Part shown: positions 1 through 11,023 of the stretch, piece by piece
Position numbering within the stretch: the stretch's first letter is position 1
Layout: each line of letters starts with the position of its first letter
Position numbers and translations under genes: made by a program
Origin: Ignisphaera sp.
GTDB lineage: Archaea; Thermoproteota; Thermoprotei_A; Sulfolobales; Ignisphaeraceae
Reading direction: 5' to 3'
Length of the DNA stretch: 64,000 bases
Assembly: GCA_038889075.1 (NCBI GenBank)
Contig: JAWAHS010000002.1
Span: 172,930 to 236,929, forward strand
The notes under the pieces: model-generated
The model's database searches: none
What the model was told of the DNA's origin: nothing
Seen by the model: the letters and a program-made list of their open reading frames with translations, nothing else

Positions 1-869
1 TTAGCATCGGAAACAAGTCTTGCTGCAAATGATAGATACTTTTCTTGTACTGATGATAGGGTTCTGAGAATAGAGTAAGGAATTTCATATATTTCTCTGA
101 GCATGTGATGGGGATAACCATCTCTATCAATGTAATTGGGATCTATATCAAGTGCTCTGAAAGATTTCTGTCTCCTGCTCGAATCCAAAGTACTATAAAC
201 TTCAATGCCATCTCTAGTAACTAGTGCTACTTCATCCCTTTCCAGTACAGTGTATCTATTCACAACACTGTAGAGAGCTCCCCTATTTGATGAAATAACG
301 AATAGATTATCTGAAATACCTATAAACATGGGCATCAATGATGTATAGACAGCAATACAATTGCATTTAGAATTCAATATAGCAAAGCTATGAAGACCTG
401 AAACCTTCTTTACAACATCCATGATAACGTCTGGAAAGTTGGACAGACTTTGAAGCAAATCTTCAATTAGATGGGCAATGATCTCGAAATCGCAGCGCGA
501 TACAACTCTATGGCCTCTAAAAATAATTTCATCTTTCAATTTCTCATAGTTTGCAATAGCACCGTCTCCAACAACGGCTACAATACCATTACAGTCGGTA
601 TGGGGCTGGGTATTCTCAGCATGAGGTTTACCATGTGTAGCGTATCTGGTGTGGCCTAATGCAATCCAGCTATTCCATTCACCTAATCTATACTTTTCTG
701 CTACCATATCAATTCTTGTAGCATCTTTGAATACCTTAATGCCTCCATTAATAGGTATTGCTATTCCACTACCATCGAAACCTCTATACTCAAGTGCTTT
801 GATACCCTGAATTACAATACCAATAACATTACGCCCATTACGAGAAACAGCGCCGAAGATTCCACCCAT
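1..869 (-). CDS. glmS: GlmS-like glucosamine--fructose-6-phosphate aminotransferase (5' part; runs off window edge), degenerate glutaminase domain
   Basis: Not in ORF track; hand-translated from ATG 869: MGGIFGAVSR...KALEYRGFDGSGIA...LGHTRYATHGKPHAENTQPH...VVGDGAIANY; GGTGG SD at 876-880. Confidence 0.85.
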   Translation of the reverse strand, partial: MGGIFGAVSRNGRNVIGIVIQGIKALEYRGFDGSGIAIPINGGIKVFKDATRIDMVAEKYRLGEWNSWIALGHTRYATHGKPHAENTQPHTDCNGIVAVVGDGAIANYEKLKDEIIFRGHRVVSRCDFEIIAHLIEDLLQSLSNFPDVIMDVVKKVSGLHSFAILNSKCNCIAVYTSLMPMFIGISDNLFVISSNRGALYSVVNRYTVLERDEVALVTRDGIEVYSTLDSSRRQKSFRALDIDPNYIDRDGYPHHMLREIYEIPYSILRTLSSVQEKYLSFAARLVSDA

Positions 870-930
870 AATTTTCCACCTGAATAATACTGTTCTGGTA
901 GCTTAGTATATGGCAACTTTATATAAAATT

Positions 931-1608
931 TTAACTGTTAATTGTAATTTGTGGTATTAGATATCCAGATTGGTATCTGATAATACCCATAGCAACGGAT
1001 CTTCTAATAGCATTCAATACGAACTCTCTATCGTATCCTAATGTTTTAACCATATATCTAAGTAGCTCTGAGGCCTTTATAGAACCAAATTCCTTTACAT
1101 GATTTACAACCTCCCTATATATCAGTACAACATCCTCCGGTATCTCCAATTTATATATGGAGCAGCCTTTTACGCCCAATACAACAATATTACCCTCATG
1201 GGCATCCAATATACTGTATGTATTTGGGTTAATTTTTCTAACCTTGTATACATTCCATGCAGAATTTCCAAGCTTATGAATGCGGTGAAGCTTTTCTGCC
1301 AATACAAAAATCTTATTTGTGGTTGTGAGACAACTTAACAATTCATCTGCATCGATATTGTTAAGGATTATAATATGTGCATAGACATTATCTAGGCATT
1401 TAAAACTATCTATTAAGAGAATGTTATTACCATCTCTAATTATTTCTCTAATTAAATACGATGGAATTTTATATGAAGTCGCTATTACAATGTTTTTAGA
1501 CGACAGATGTGACAATTCATTTGCAATATTCAAGCCTAACATAATATTAAAATTGATAAATGGTGAAATTATGATGGCTCTATCTTGATTAATAATATTA
1601 GTAAGCAT
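931..1608 (-). CDS. hypothetical protein, possible C-terminal winged helix
   Basis: 225-aa ORF in a run of minus-strand genes; no motif recognised. Confidence 0.55.
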   Translation of the reverse strand: MLTNIINQDRAIIISPFINFNIMLGLNIANELSHLSSKNIVIATSYKIPSYLIREIIRDGNNILLIDSFKCLDNVYAHIIILNNIDADELLSCLTTTNKIFVLAEKLHRIHKLGNSAWNVYKVRKINPNTYSILDAHEGNIVVLGVKGCSIYKLEIPEDVVLIYREVVNHVKEFGSIKASELLRYMVKTLGYDREFVLNAIRRSVAMGIIRYQSGYLIPQITINS

Positions 1609-1736
1609 AGTATATACCTATCTATACCTTATACATACTTCAGTGCTAAAAGGTTATAGCAATTTACTATAATGGTTTGGTAGAAGCAGGACATCTTTTC
1701 CATAGTTTCAGAGACACCATGTTAACTAAACTATGA

Positions 1737-2951
1737 TTAACTAAAATGTGTGGTATTTTCGGCGATTCCCATGTTAAAAAGCTTATGGAGTCTTTCGAGT
1801 GCCTTTCTTTTAATTTTTATATCTATTCTTGCCTCCGCTATTGCTTCTTCAAGAAATGCTATAGTTTCTCTCATAACGCTTAGCTTTATAGGATAGGGCA
1901 CACCATCTTTACCTCCGTGTGCATAGGAATATATGAATGGATCTAGTGGATGGGTAACGGGATCTTTGGATGAAGGTTCCTCTCCATATACTAGATTAGC
2001 AATAAGTGCTAGAGCTCTCATAGTTTCAGCTCCTACACCCTTTAATATTAGGAGCTCTTCAAAACTTGATGGTTTAATATCTGATAGAACGTGTAATGCT
2101 CGTTCTATTCGATTTATGTTGATAATAGGTTTGTAGAGTAGTGGGTTTTCCATAGGATCTACATCCTTAATAGAACTTAAATTATGTAGGCTATTTCCTT
2201 TGCTGATCCATGATTCAAGGGATAGGTTATTTTTAAGCATACGATTTATTTCAGCTATCTTTCTTACCAATATACTTGGCGAGGCTGAATTGATTAAATC
2301 TATAATAGTTCTTCTAATGCTTTTAGAAGAATGGTCAACAAGATTCAATGCTTTACCAATAGAGTTGCACGCAATACCACTATGTGGATCAGTCTCTGCT
2401 GTGACCATGTTATATATATGGTATCGGCGAGCCATTTTTAAATCGGTATTCATACCCTGTTGAATAACAGTCCATGTATTATTGCGTGACAATATAATGC
2501 TGTGAATGTATAGGGAGTATCCATCTTGCAGTGCAGCACTATCTATCTTTGCAGATAGCATACTTATGTATTTAAGATTATCAACATCAACATCACCACT
2601 TCTATCTAAAATGTCTGCCTCATCTAAAATATATCTAGAATCAATCCCCTTACCTCCTAGTACAGCTATACCCAAATCATTGAAGGTATATACGTTAGCA
2701 AAATCCTTAAGAACATAGAGAACAACTGTTGTAGAACCACTGCTATCCCAATCCATACCAATTACATTATTAAAGGCTTGAAACCATAGAGGATCCGATA
2801 ATCTTTCAATAAGCTTATCAGGTCCAAAAACATCGATTATGTATAGGGCTATTGCTCTTCCAAGTTTCTTCATGTACTGTAGGAGTCCTGGTGGTACATG
2901 TCCAGTGTGAAGGGGCAGTTCAGCCGATCCCTTTACATGCATATCTATCAA
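1737..2951 (-). CDS. DUF763 family protein
   Basis: LPLHTGHVP, DWDSSGSTT, QQGMN, ARRYH, AHGGKDG motifs; start may be ATG 2942. Confidence 0.85.
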   Translation of the reverse strand: MIDMHVKGSAELPLHTGHVPPGLLQYMKKLGRAIALYIIDVFGPDKLIERLSDPLWFQAFNNVIGMDWDSSGSTTVVLYVLKDFANVYTFNDLGIAVLGGKGIDSRYILDEADILDRSGDVDVDNLKYISMLSAKIDSAALQDGYSLYIHSIILSRNNTWTVIQQGMNTDLKMARRYHIYNMVTAETDPHSGIACNSIGKALNLVDHSSKSIRRTIIDLINSASPSILVRKIAEINRMLKNNLSLESWISKGNSLHNLSSIKDVDPMENPLLYKPIININRIERALHVLSDIKPSSFEELLILKGVGAETMRALALIANLVYGEEPSSKDPVTHPLDPFIYSYAHGGKDGVPYPIKLSVMRETIAFLEEAIAEARIDIKIKRKALERLHKLFNMGIAENTTHFS

Positions 2952-3058
2952 GTTATTGCCTTACCTTTAGGACATTTATAAATACAGACCCTCTAGCAAA
3001 AGTGATTTGAACATCCAATGCTTACATAGGTTTATATCCTTAATTTGTAGCTAAATAC

Positions 3059-4678
3059 TTGGTGATATCGTTGATTATAGCACCTATAAGGATTAGTGAT
3101 GTATGGCTACTGACCTTTGAATACGATGGTATAGCATCTCTAGGTGGGCTTGGAAGGGCTGTTGCAATGTATGCAAGAGGACTTGTTAAAGAGGGATACA
3201 AGGTTACGGTTTTCATGCCTTCTCATGGAAGGCATCTCTCTCAGAATATACGGGGGCTGAGATCTGTTGAGGGGTTTACTGCCTGTGGACATAGGATTGG
3301 TATTGATGGTAATAGATATCGGTACTGTATGGGAGCTGATGAAGTTAATATTGATGGTGTTAGGGTAATACTATTTAAGGGGTTGGATAGCGCTACTGGT
3401 AAGTTTCTTGATGATTGGAGCATCTATGCAAATGTTGAAGAAAAAGTCTGTCTATATACTAGGGCACTTATACACTGGATAGATAGATTCAATGAAATTC
3501 CTCACATAATTCACTCAAATGATTGGACCACAGCATTGGCGGGAGCAGCATTGAAGGTGTTCTTCGAGATGAAGGGCTATTCTATTCCTTTTGTATATTC
3601 AATTCATCTACTATCATGGAAGTCTTTTCCTTGGCACTACGCTTCTAGTGACTGGTGTGGTATACCAGATGTTCTACACAGAATATGGAGATTTAATAGA
3701 CATGAGACTGTAACTACGAGAGCTCTCTGGGACAGTGTTTATGGCAGTGTTGATCAGTATGCGGCAATAGAGTCTGATGTGCTAGTAACAAATAGCTGGA
3801 GCTATATGGATGAGATTCTGAGTCGATTTGGCAGGTGGATGGAGGAGAAGACATTTGTTATACATAACGTTACTGATTGGAAGGTTGAAGATGTTGAGAG
3901 TGAGGTGGAGAGAATGCTTGGTATGAAAAGCCGTATTGAGATTAGGAGAAGGGTGTTGAATATGTTAAGTAGAGAATTGTCTACGAGAAAAAGTGGTGAA
4001 TTAAGTGATTGCAGATTTCTCATCTCTGCTGCGGGGAGGATTACGTGGAGTAAAGGTTTTGATCTCCTTATTAACGCGTTAGATCATGTCAATAGAGATG
4101 TTTGTGCCGTGATAATGGGTATACCAATAGGGGACTCGGAGTATGAAAGATTTCTCTCTAATATTGCTAGCAGTAGATGGGGTAGAGTGTTGGTTATTCT
4201 AGACCAAGTTGAACGGACGTTGCTAAAGCTCATAATATATGCATCAAACGTATTTGTAGTGCCATCAAGATATGAACCCTTTGGAATGGTGTCTATAGAG
4301 GCTCAAGCATTAGGAACGCCAGTAGTTGTTAGCGCTGTTGGCGGGCTCCCGGAGACAATTATAGATCTGAGATACGATCCTACTTATGGTAGTGGTATAG
4401 CTATACAATTAAACGATCTGTACAGCATGGGTGAGGCCATAAACGACCTATCGTGTCTGACAGAGTTTGCAGATACCAATGATAGGGGTGTTCTAGATCG
4501 CCTTAGAAGCTCATGGGCTATAAACGCTGTAAGAAGAAACCCACAGATTAATGTAAGGGATAATGCAATCAAATGGGTTGAAAGTAAATTTAGAGAGAAT
4601 AGATTGAGAGAGTTGTTAAGATCTTGCTATGAAAAGGCGAGAAACTACGCTTACTATAGAGCCTTGACACCTCTATAG
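3059..4678 (+). CDS. glycogen/starch synthase-like glycosyltransferase (GT-B)
   Basis: GGLG N-terminal motif, HSNDW, GR...KG, PSRYEPFG...EAQALGTP. Confidence 0.8.
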   Translation: MVISLIIAPIRISDVWLLTFEYDGIASLGGLGRAVAMYARGLVKEGYKVTVFMPSHGRHLSQNIRGLRSVEGFTACGHRIGIDGNRYRYCMGADEVNIDGVRVILFKGLDSATGKFLDDWSIYANVEEKVCLYTRALIHWIDRFNEIPHIIHSNDWTTALAGAALKVFFEMKGYSIPFVYSIHLLSWKSFPWHYASSDWCGIPDVLHRIWRFNRHETVTTRALWDSVYGSVDQYAAIESDVLVTNSWSYMDEILSRFGRWMEEKTFVIHNVTDWKVEDVESEVERMLGMKSRIEIRRRVLNMLSRELSTRKSGELSDCRFLISAAGRITWSKGFDLLINALDHVNRDVCAVIMGIPIGDSEYERFLSNIASSRWGRVLVILDQVERTLLKLIIYASNVFVVPSRYEPFGMVSIEAQALGTPVVVSAVGGLPETIIDLRYDPTYGSGIAIQLNDLYSMGEAINDLSCLTEFADTNDRGVLDRLRSSWAINAVRRNPQINVRDNAIKWVESKFRENRLRELLRSCYEKARNYAYYRALTPL

Positions 4679-4745
4679 AAATGTGTCTGATATAGGTAAA
4701 GCTTTTTAGGTAAGGGGTCCTTCAGGCTATAGCTGAAGATGAGAC

Positions 4746-5750
4746 TTGATGGTTTTAGCAATTGAAGTTCGGGATCTAGTTAAAATCTATCCGGGTGGAG
4801 TTAAAGCATTAAATGGTGTAAATCTAGATGTAGATGAAGGTAAAATCTATGCTCTTCTAGGTCCTAATGGAGCTGGTAAAACTACACTAATTAGAATTAT
4901 AACTACGCAGATTAGACAGACAAAAGGTTATGTGAAAGTTTTTGGATATGATACATCTATCCAGGGATCTAGAGTTAGAGCATTAATAGGATATGTCCCG
5001 CAAGAAATGTCGCTATGGAATGATCTGACTGGATATGAAAATATGCTAATCTACTCCAAGATTTATGGAATACCATCTAGTAAGAGGAGAGGACTTATTG
5101 AGGAACTTTTAGAGTTCATGGATTTAGAGGAAGCCTCCAATAGAATTGTTAGAACATATTCAGGAGGAATGATTAGGAGATTGGAGATAGCGATAGCTTT
5201 AATGCATAAACCAAGGCTGTTGGTTCTCGATGAGCCAACAATAGGTTTAGACCCCGTGGCTAGAAAGCTTGTGTGGGAAAAGATTAGTGAGTATCGAAAA
5301 GAGTATGATATGACGATATTCTTTGCCACACACTATATGGATGAAGCTGATAGATATGCAGATTACATAGCACTTATGAATCGTGGAGTGGTGATAGCTA
5401 GAGGTAGAGCTGATGAGCTTAAACAGACCATTGAAGGTAATAGGGTGACGCTAAGGCTATCTACGAGTAGTACTGATATCATCAATATCGTTAGTAAAAC
5501 AGAGGGTGTTGAGATCCTCAGTTTTAATGGTGACACAATAGAATTTACGGTGCAAAATATATCGTATGTTTTACCGAAGATTCTAGAGGAGCTGTTTCGA
5601 AACAATCTTAAAATCTGTGAAATAAAGATACATGAGGCAACGCTTGATGATGTTTTTATAAAGCTGACGGGTAGGAGAATATCCGAGGAAGAGCATGGTA
5701 GGTACAGAGAAGCCGTTACTGTGAGAAAAATGATTAGACGGGGTAGCTAA
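4746..5750 (+). CDS. ABC exporter ATP-binding protein (DrrA-like)
   Basis: GPNGAGKT, YSGGM, LDEPT. Confidence 0.92.
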   Translation: MMVLAIEVRDLVKIYPGGVKALNGVNLDVDEGKIYALLGPNGAGKTTLIRIITTQIRQTKGYVKVFGYDTSIQGSRVRALIGYVPQEMSLWNDLTGYENMLIYSKIYGIPSSKRRGLIEELLEFMDLEEASNRIVRTYSGGMIRRLEIAIALMHKPRLLVLDEPTIGLDPVARKLVWEKISEYRKEYDMTIFFATHYMDEADRYADYIALMNRGVVIARGRADELKQTIEGNRVTLRLSTSSTDIINIVSKTEGVEILSFNGDTIEFTVQNISYVLPKILEELFRNNLKICEIKIHEATLDDVFIKLTGRRISEEEHGRYREAVTVRKMIRRGS

Positions 5751-5752
5751 AG

Positions 5753-6523
5753 GTGTATGAAAGACTTCAAGCTATAGTACTATCCATTTTAGCAATGATT
5801 GAAATGGAGCTTAGAAGACTTAGACACGATCCACTAGAAATTATTACAAGGGCAATACAGCCTGTTCTCTGGGTATCGGTATTTGGTGTCGTAATGGCTA
5901 GGGTCAGAGCATTTCAAGGTGTTGGAGACTATATAACATTTATTACTCCTGGTGTGATACTTCAATCATCAACATTTATTGCATTAGCGTACGGAATATC
6001 GTTAGTGTTTGAAAGAGATTTAGGGATATTAAAGAAACTGGTTACATCCCCAATACCTAGAAGCTCTATAGTTATCGGAAGAGCTCTTGCTGGTGGGATA
6101 AGAGCCTCTACTCAATATATTATAGTTCTCGCATCTGCCATAGCTGTAGGAGCCAAAATTATTGTCAATCCAGTAAATCTACTATCGGGTTACATCTTCC
6201 TCATATATGGCTGTATGGGCTTTACATCGCTATCTATGATATTAGCAATAACTATGAAAACCCGTGAACGGTTTATGGGAATAATTGGTGCTATAACTAT
6301 GCCATTATTTTTTGCAAGCAACGCTCTCTATCCAATTGATGTAATGCCTGGAATCATAAAGCACCTTGCTATCATAAATCCTCTGACCTACATTGTAGAT
6401 ATGCTCAGAAAACTGCTTGTATACAATTCATGTGAAATCCTAAACGATATAGTCATATTAACAGTATTTGTAGTCGGTGTAACAGGAATAGCCATAAAGA
6501 TATTGAATAGAATAGTGGAATAG
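5753..6523 (+). CDS. ABC-2 type permease (DrrB-like)
   Basis: Six hydrophobic segments, NPLTY motif, 2 nt after the ATPase. Confidence 0.9.
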   Translation: MYERLQAIVLSILAMIEMELRRLRHDPLEIITRAIQPVLWVSVFGVVMARVRAFQGVGDYITFITPGVILQSSTFIALAYGISLVFERDLGILKKLVTSPIPRSSIVIGRALAGGIRASTQYIIVLASAIAVGAKIIVNPVNLLSGYIFLIYGCMGFTSLSMILAITMKTRERFMGIIGAITMPLFFASNALYPIDVMPGIIKHLAIINPLTYIVDMLRKLLVYNSCEILNDIVILTVFVVGVTGIAIKILNRIVE

Positions 6524-6745
6524 CAGCATCTAAAGTACAGTCTAGATAGAGAGTTCTATTTCAAACGCTTATAGGCTTCTCAGGATACATCATCTTTATT
6601 ACATGCTTATTGTAATTGCTAGTTGTCTCTATGTATGTTGTACTATCCTTGGGTTACCACGATTAGAAGCTGTAGCTATAATTATAGACAAATATTTTAC
6701 CTTTAAGCACAGTATATCTAAAGTGTAATACAATGGCGTTGGCCT

Positions 6746-7132
6746 ATGAAGTTAAGGAATCTATTTAGTGCAGATGAAGGCGTTAGAGTAGCCGTTGAAT
6801 TGGATAGTATAGAAAGAGCCGTATTGAATAATGTATATGGCGTTGATGTTTGCACATCTAAGTATAGAATTGTAAGGTTATTAGAGCTTTTCAACAGTTT
6901 GAGAGCACTATTGGCACTTTACAAATCGTCCACTAAGAAATTTGATAGTGGCTGTTTTATTGTTCTAAGTGAAGATGATTCTGGTTGGAATATGGTTAAG
7001 GCATTCTGTAGGGATAAAGGATTTGATGACAAGGAAAGCTGTGTTCACCATATTATTGATATTTTAACTGAGTTCCTCCACACTATTGCTGTATTTCAGC
7101 AAATGGAGTTGTCTAGGGGCGAGAACCGTTGA
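6746..7132 (+). CDS. hypothetical protein
   Basis: 128-aa ORF whose stop overlaps the next start. Confidence 0.55.
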   Translation: MKLRNLFSADEGVRVAVELDSIERAVLNNVYGVDVCTSKYRIVRLLELFNSLRALLALYKSSTKKFDSGCFIVLSEDDSGWNMVKAFCRDKGFDDKESCVHHIIDILTEFLHTIAVFQQMELSRGENR

Positions 7133-7773
7133 ACATATATACACTTGTTATTCAAACCCTAATGATCTCACCATCAGGTGCTTTAAGCCCTGGTCCTCTA
7201 ACCTTTGCTACAATGGCGTTGGGCATCAATGGTGGTTGGAGGAAAGGTGTATATGTTGCATTAGGTCATACATTTTTTGAACTGCCCTACATCGCATTAA
7301 TAGCATTTTTCATGAATATTATTAGGGATATTCTTTCTGGTTCTATAGGAGATTTAATAACAATAGCTGGTGTAACAATAATACTATTCTTTGCACTATC
7401 GCTTATTAAAGACTCTATAAAGGGTTCCAACCCAGATGCTAGAAATGTTATTAGTGGAATAGGTAATGCTTTTGTCATGGGATTCCTATTTACTTCATTA
7501 AATGTGTTCTTTTTATTGTGGTGGTTAAGTATAGGATTTAGCTTAATACTACTAGCACTTGAGGCGGGCTTCGTGGGACTCTTAACAATGTATCTTGCTC
7601 ATATTTGGATGGACTTTTTATGGCTTTCACTTGTCGCTGAAGCTGGAAAAAGAGGTACGGTAATATTCGGAAGGCGGGGCTATAGAATAATGCTAGCATT
7701 ATTTGGTATACTACTCCTGTTTTTTGGCATAAATACAGTACTAAAGAGGTTTTTCTCCATATCATTACTATAA
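7129..7773 (+). CDS. LysE family translocator
   Basis: SGALSPGP motif, GH...E, hydrophobic. Confidence 0.85.
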   Translation: MNIYTLVIQTLMISPSGALSPGPLTFATMALGINGGWRKGVYVALGHTFFELPYIALIAFFMNIIRDILSGSIGDLITIAGVTIILFFALSLIKDSIKGSNPDARNVISGIGNAFVMGFLFTSLNVFFLLWWLSIGFSLILLALEAGFVGLLTMYLAHIWMDFLWLSLVAEAGKRGTVIFGRRGYRIMLALFGILLLFFGINTVLKRFFSISLL

Positions 7774-7847
7774 ACTTTTTTAAATTCAGCAGATAATCAG
7801 TAATATTTGACATAGATGTATAGTCTGCAAAAAGGTGGTAGGCTTTT

Positions 7848-8999
7848 GTGGAACTAAATACAACACCTATCACACCGTGGGAAGCAGAAGCCTTTGTAGA
7901 TTATGATAAGCTTATAAAGATATTCGGAGCAAAACCCCTTACGGATAATGAAGTGGATATGCTAAAAAGTGTTACCAACGATGTACACATAATGATTCAT
8001 AGGAGGGTATTCTATTCCCATAGGGACTTCGATAAATTTCTAGAAGCATATAAATTTGGTAAAAAGTGTGCTCTATATACGGGTAGAGGACCCTCAGGAA
8101 ATACGCATCTTGGTCACATACTTCCATGGATCTTCACTAAGTGGCTTCAAGATAGGCTCGGATTAGATCTATTCTTCCAGATGACTGATGATGAAAAGTT
8201 TTGGCATAGTGAAGAAAAGGATCTTGAAGACTTTAATAGTCTTGCGTATGAAAACATTCTCGACTTAGCTGCACTTGGCCTAGATTATAGGAAAACGCAT
8301 GTAATAATTGATTCAGAGGATATAAGATACATGTATCCAATAGCCATAAAGGTAGCTAAAAAGATCACATTGTCCATTCAGAAGGCAACATTTGGCTTTA
8401 CAGACTCTACAAATATCGGCATGATATTTTATCCAACTCTGCAAATGACTGTAGCATTCTTACCATCAGAGTTATTTGGAGAACCTGTTGTAACGCTCAT
8501 ACCTGCTGGTATTGATCAAGATCCGTACTGGAGAATTGCAAGGGATATCGCTACTTCATTAGGGTACCCAAAGCCTTCTCAAATTCACAGCAAACTTCTT
8601 CCCGGACTTGGTATAGGTGGTAAAATGTCTTCATCGAAACCTGAAACCGCTATATATACAACAGATCCTCCCGAGTTGGCGTATAGTAAGGTAATGAAGG
8701 CTTATACTGGTGGTCAGCCTACTGCTGAACTTCAACGAAAGCTCGGAGGGAATCCTGATGCATGTCCGGTATACAAGATGTATGAGATGATATTTGAAGA
8801 AAATGATATGAGGCTAAATGAGAGATACCATTTGTGTAGGGGAGGAGGTTTGTTATGTGGTGAATGTAAAGCTGAACTCGGTGATAGAATAGCTAGATTT
8901 TTGAAAGAGCATCAAAGTAGGAGGATTAAGGCTGTAGACTATATTGAGAAATACCTTATCAGAACCAAATTTGCACCACCGATGATAAAGAGAACCTAA
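7848..8999 (+). CDS. trpS: tryptophanyl-tRNA synthetase
   Basis: YTGRGPS, HLGH, GIDQDPY, KMSSS. Confidence 0.96.
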   Translation: MELNTTPITPWEAEAFVDYDKLIKIFGAKPLTDNEVDMLKSVTNDVHIMIHRRVFYSHRDFDKFLEAYKFGKKCALYTGRGPSGNTHLGHILPWIFTKWLQDRLGLDLFFQMTDDEKFWHSEEKDLEDFNSLAYENILDLAALGLDYRKTHVIIDSEDIRYMYPIAIKVAKKITLSIQKATFGFTDSTNIGMIFYPTLQMTVAFLPSELFGEPVVTLIPAGIDQDPYWRIARDIATSLGYPKPSQIHSKLLPGLGIGGKMSSSKPETAIYTTDPPELAYSKVMKAYTGGQPTAELQRKLGGNPDACPVYKMYEMIFEENDMRLNERYHLCRGGGLLCGECKAELGDRIARFLKEHQSRRIKAVDYIEKYLIRTKFAPPMIKRT

Positions 9000-9221
9000 A
9001 ATCTATTGAAAGATGATGGAAAATATTGTATCGAGTTACAGCTTTCAGGTTTTAGAAGTTTTAAAGAATTCCATTTAATTTGATGCACCGATAATCCGTA
9101 ATGAGATTGCAATGGCAAAGCTTATTAGAAAGGAATCATCCTTAAATACTAGTAACAAATCCCTTTAAGCAATGAGCTTTTTATACTCCACAGTGGGTAG
9201 AGAGTTTACATGTGAGAAACC

Positions 9222-9758
9222 ATGCAGCTACAAATGAAAAGTGAAGAATACCTAAACTTTCTATTATCTAGAAGAAGCATTAGGAGATTTAAACCAACAG
9301 ATGTAGACGCAAATCTCATTAAGAGAATTCTCGACGTTGCTCGGTATGCTCCTAGCGCAGGTAATAGACAGCCATGGATATTTATTGTTGTGACGGATCC
9401 TGAAGTAAAGAGTAGACTTGCCAAAATTCATAGATGGGCGTATCCGCTAGAAAATGCACCAGTTGGAATAGTAGTTGCATGCAATAGGGAAGTTTCACCG
9501 GAATCTTATCAAGTTGATTGTACGTGTGCAACCATGTATATAATGTTTGCGGCTCACGCCCTTGGACTAGGAACAGTATGGCTACAAACGCTTAGAAATA
9601 TAGAAGATGTTCAGAAAATACTAGATCTTCCAAGTAACTATATACCTGTTGCAATGCTAGCTGTAGGTTATCCGGATGAACAGCCTGTAGCAAGATCGAG
9701 AAAAGAATTGAAGGACATAGCATTTCTAAACAGATATGGAACGACCATCCAGCTGTAG
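9222..9758 (+). CDS. nitroreductase family protein
   Basis: RRSIRRF, APSAGNRQPW, GLGTVW, GYP. Confidence 0.92.
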   Translation: MQLQMKSEEYLNFLLSRRSIRRFKPTDVDANLIKRILDVARYAPSAGNRQPWIFIVVTDPEVKSRLAKIHRWAYPLENAPVGIVVACNREVSPESYQVDCTCATMYIMFAAHALGLGTVWLQTLRNIEDVQKILDLPSNYIPVAMLAVGYPDEQPVARSRKELKDIAFLNRYGTTIQL

Positions 9759-9914
9759 AATAGATGTAGCGGTATCCTAACTTTTTTATTACCGAATACA
9801 TAGAAAAACGGTTTTTAGGTAAATTGCTATACGGCGATCAATCGGTACGGTAATTCTTTATATAAAGATTTATATCTGGGTTAAGAATTCTACATTATGG
9901 AAAAGTGGTGAATT

Positions 9915-10805
9915 GTGCCTATAGCGATTGCTATTGCTAATTATAAGGGAGGTGTTGGAAAGACCACATTAGCTAGCGTAATAGCTGCTACATTTGCTGA
10001 ACGCTTTAGAAGAAAAACAATAATTATAGATGCGGATCCTCAATCTAATATTACTGAGGTTTTTGTCTCTTCTATAGATTTTGATAAGATTTCTTACTAT
10101 GCTAAGAATCAAGGTAAGGTTTTTTCACTAGAGTGGATTATAGGTTCAGGGGAACCGTTGATATACAGTATAACCGATAATCTTGCCATAGTCCCATCGA
10201 AACCAGAGTATATAGGACTGGCAAAATTTTTAATTGTACCGGCAGAAAGGATTCAAGGGCTTAGAAGAGAAATCGATGAAAAACTGAGAGATTTCGACTT
10301 TATAATTCTAGACCTTCCACCCCAGATGTATGGACTTATAGGACCCCTCATAAAGATAGCAGATGCCCTTATAACACCTGTAACAAAAACTAGTTTTGCC
10401 CTTACGGCACTATATTACCTAATTAGGGATATCCGGAGTATCCCACCAAATGAACAACCTCCATTCCTAGGCGCAGTGCTAACAAGGTTTAGAAGGAATG
10501 AGACAATAAATATTGAATTGTATAGGAGAAGAATTAAAAGAATAGTAGATGAGGCATATAGGTCTATGGCAATGAAATGGGAACTTGAGGGAAAGATACA
10601 CTCATATGCATTTGATAATGTATTCTATGCACATCCAAAGCTTGCGGATATAAGAGCACTACCATTTGATGAAAGTGATAATGTTAGAATGATAAGGGTT
10701 GTAAGAGGTAAGGTGAGATATTCGAGTCAAATACTGTCATTTGTAGAGCCTCTAGTATCTGAGCTTAAAGATAGAATTGAAGCAGCACTACAAGTACAAC
10801 GTTAG
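9915..10805 (+). CDS. ParA/MinD family ATPase
   Basis: KGGVGKTT deviant Walker A, DADPQ, ILDLPP. Confidence 0.88.
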   Translation: MPIAIAIANYKGGVGKTTLASVIAATFAERFRRKTIIIDADPQSNITEVFVSSIDFDKISYYAKNQGKVFSLEWIIGSGEPLIYSITDNLAIVPSKPEYIGLAKFLIVPAERIQGLRREIDEKLRDFDFIILDLPPQMYGLIGPLIKIADALITPVTKTSFALTALYYLIRDIRSIPPNEQPPFLGAVLTRFRRNETINIELYRRRIKRIVDEAYRSMAMKWELEGKIHSYAFDNVFYAHPKLADIRALPFDESDNVRMIRVVRGKVRYSSQILSFVEPLVSELKDRIEAALQVQR

Positions 10806-11023
10806 CTATAGTTGTATTAGATGTATTAGATTTAGATTTAGAGAATATATTTAGCGGACCGACGTAACAGATGTAGCGTATTGCGCTCTCGCTCCTACTA
10901 AGGATGAAAACAGATGGATGTATAGCTCCACTGTTACTATATTTTCCTTTCCATTTGAAGGAAGATATCCTCAGCTATAAAGGATAAAGTTTAAAAATAG
11001 AAGGGTATATCTATTCACACTGG

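Noticed and set aside
471-659. 62-aa + strand ORF
   Set aside because: Antisense shadow of the glmS-like gene; the same applies to most short opposite-strand ORFs in the track
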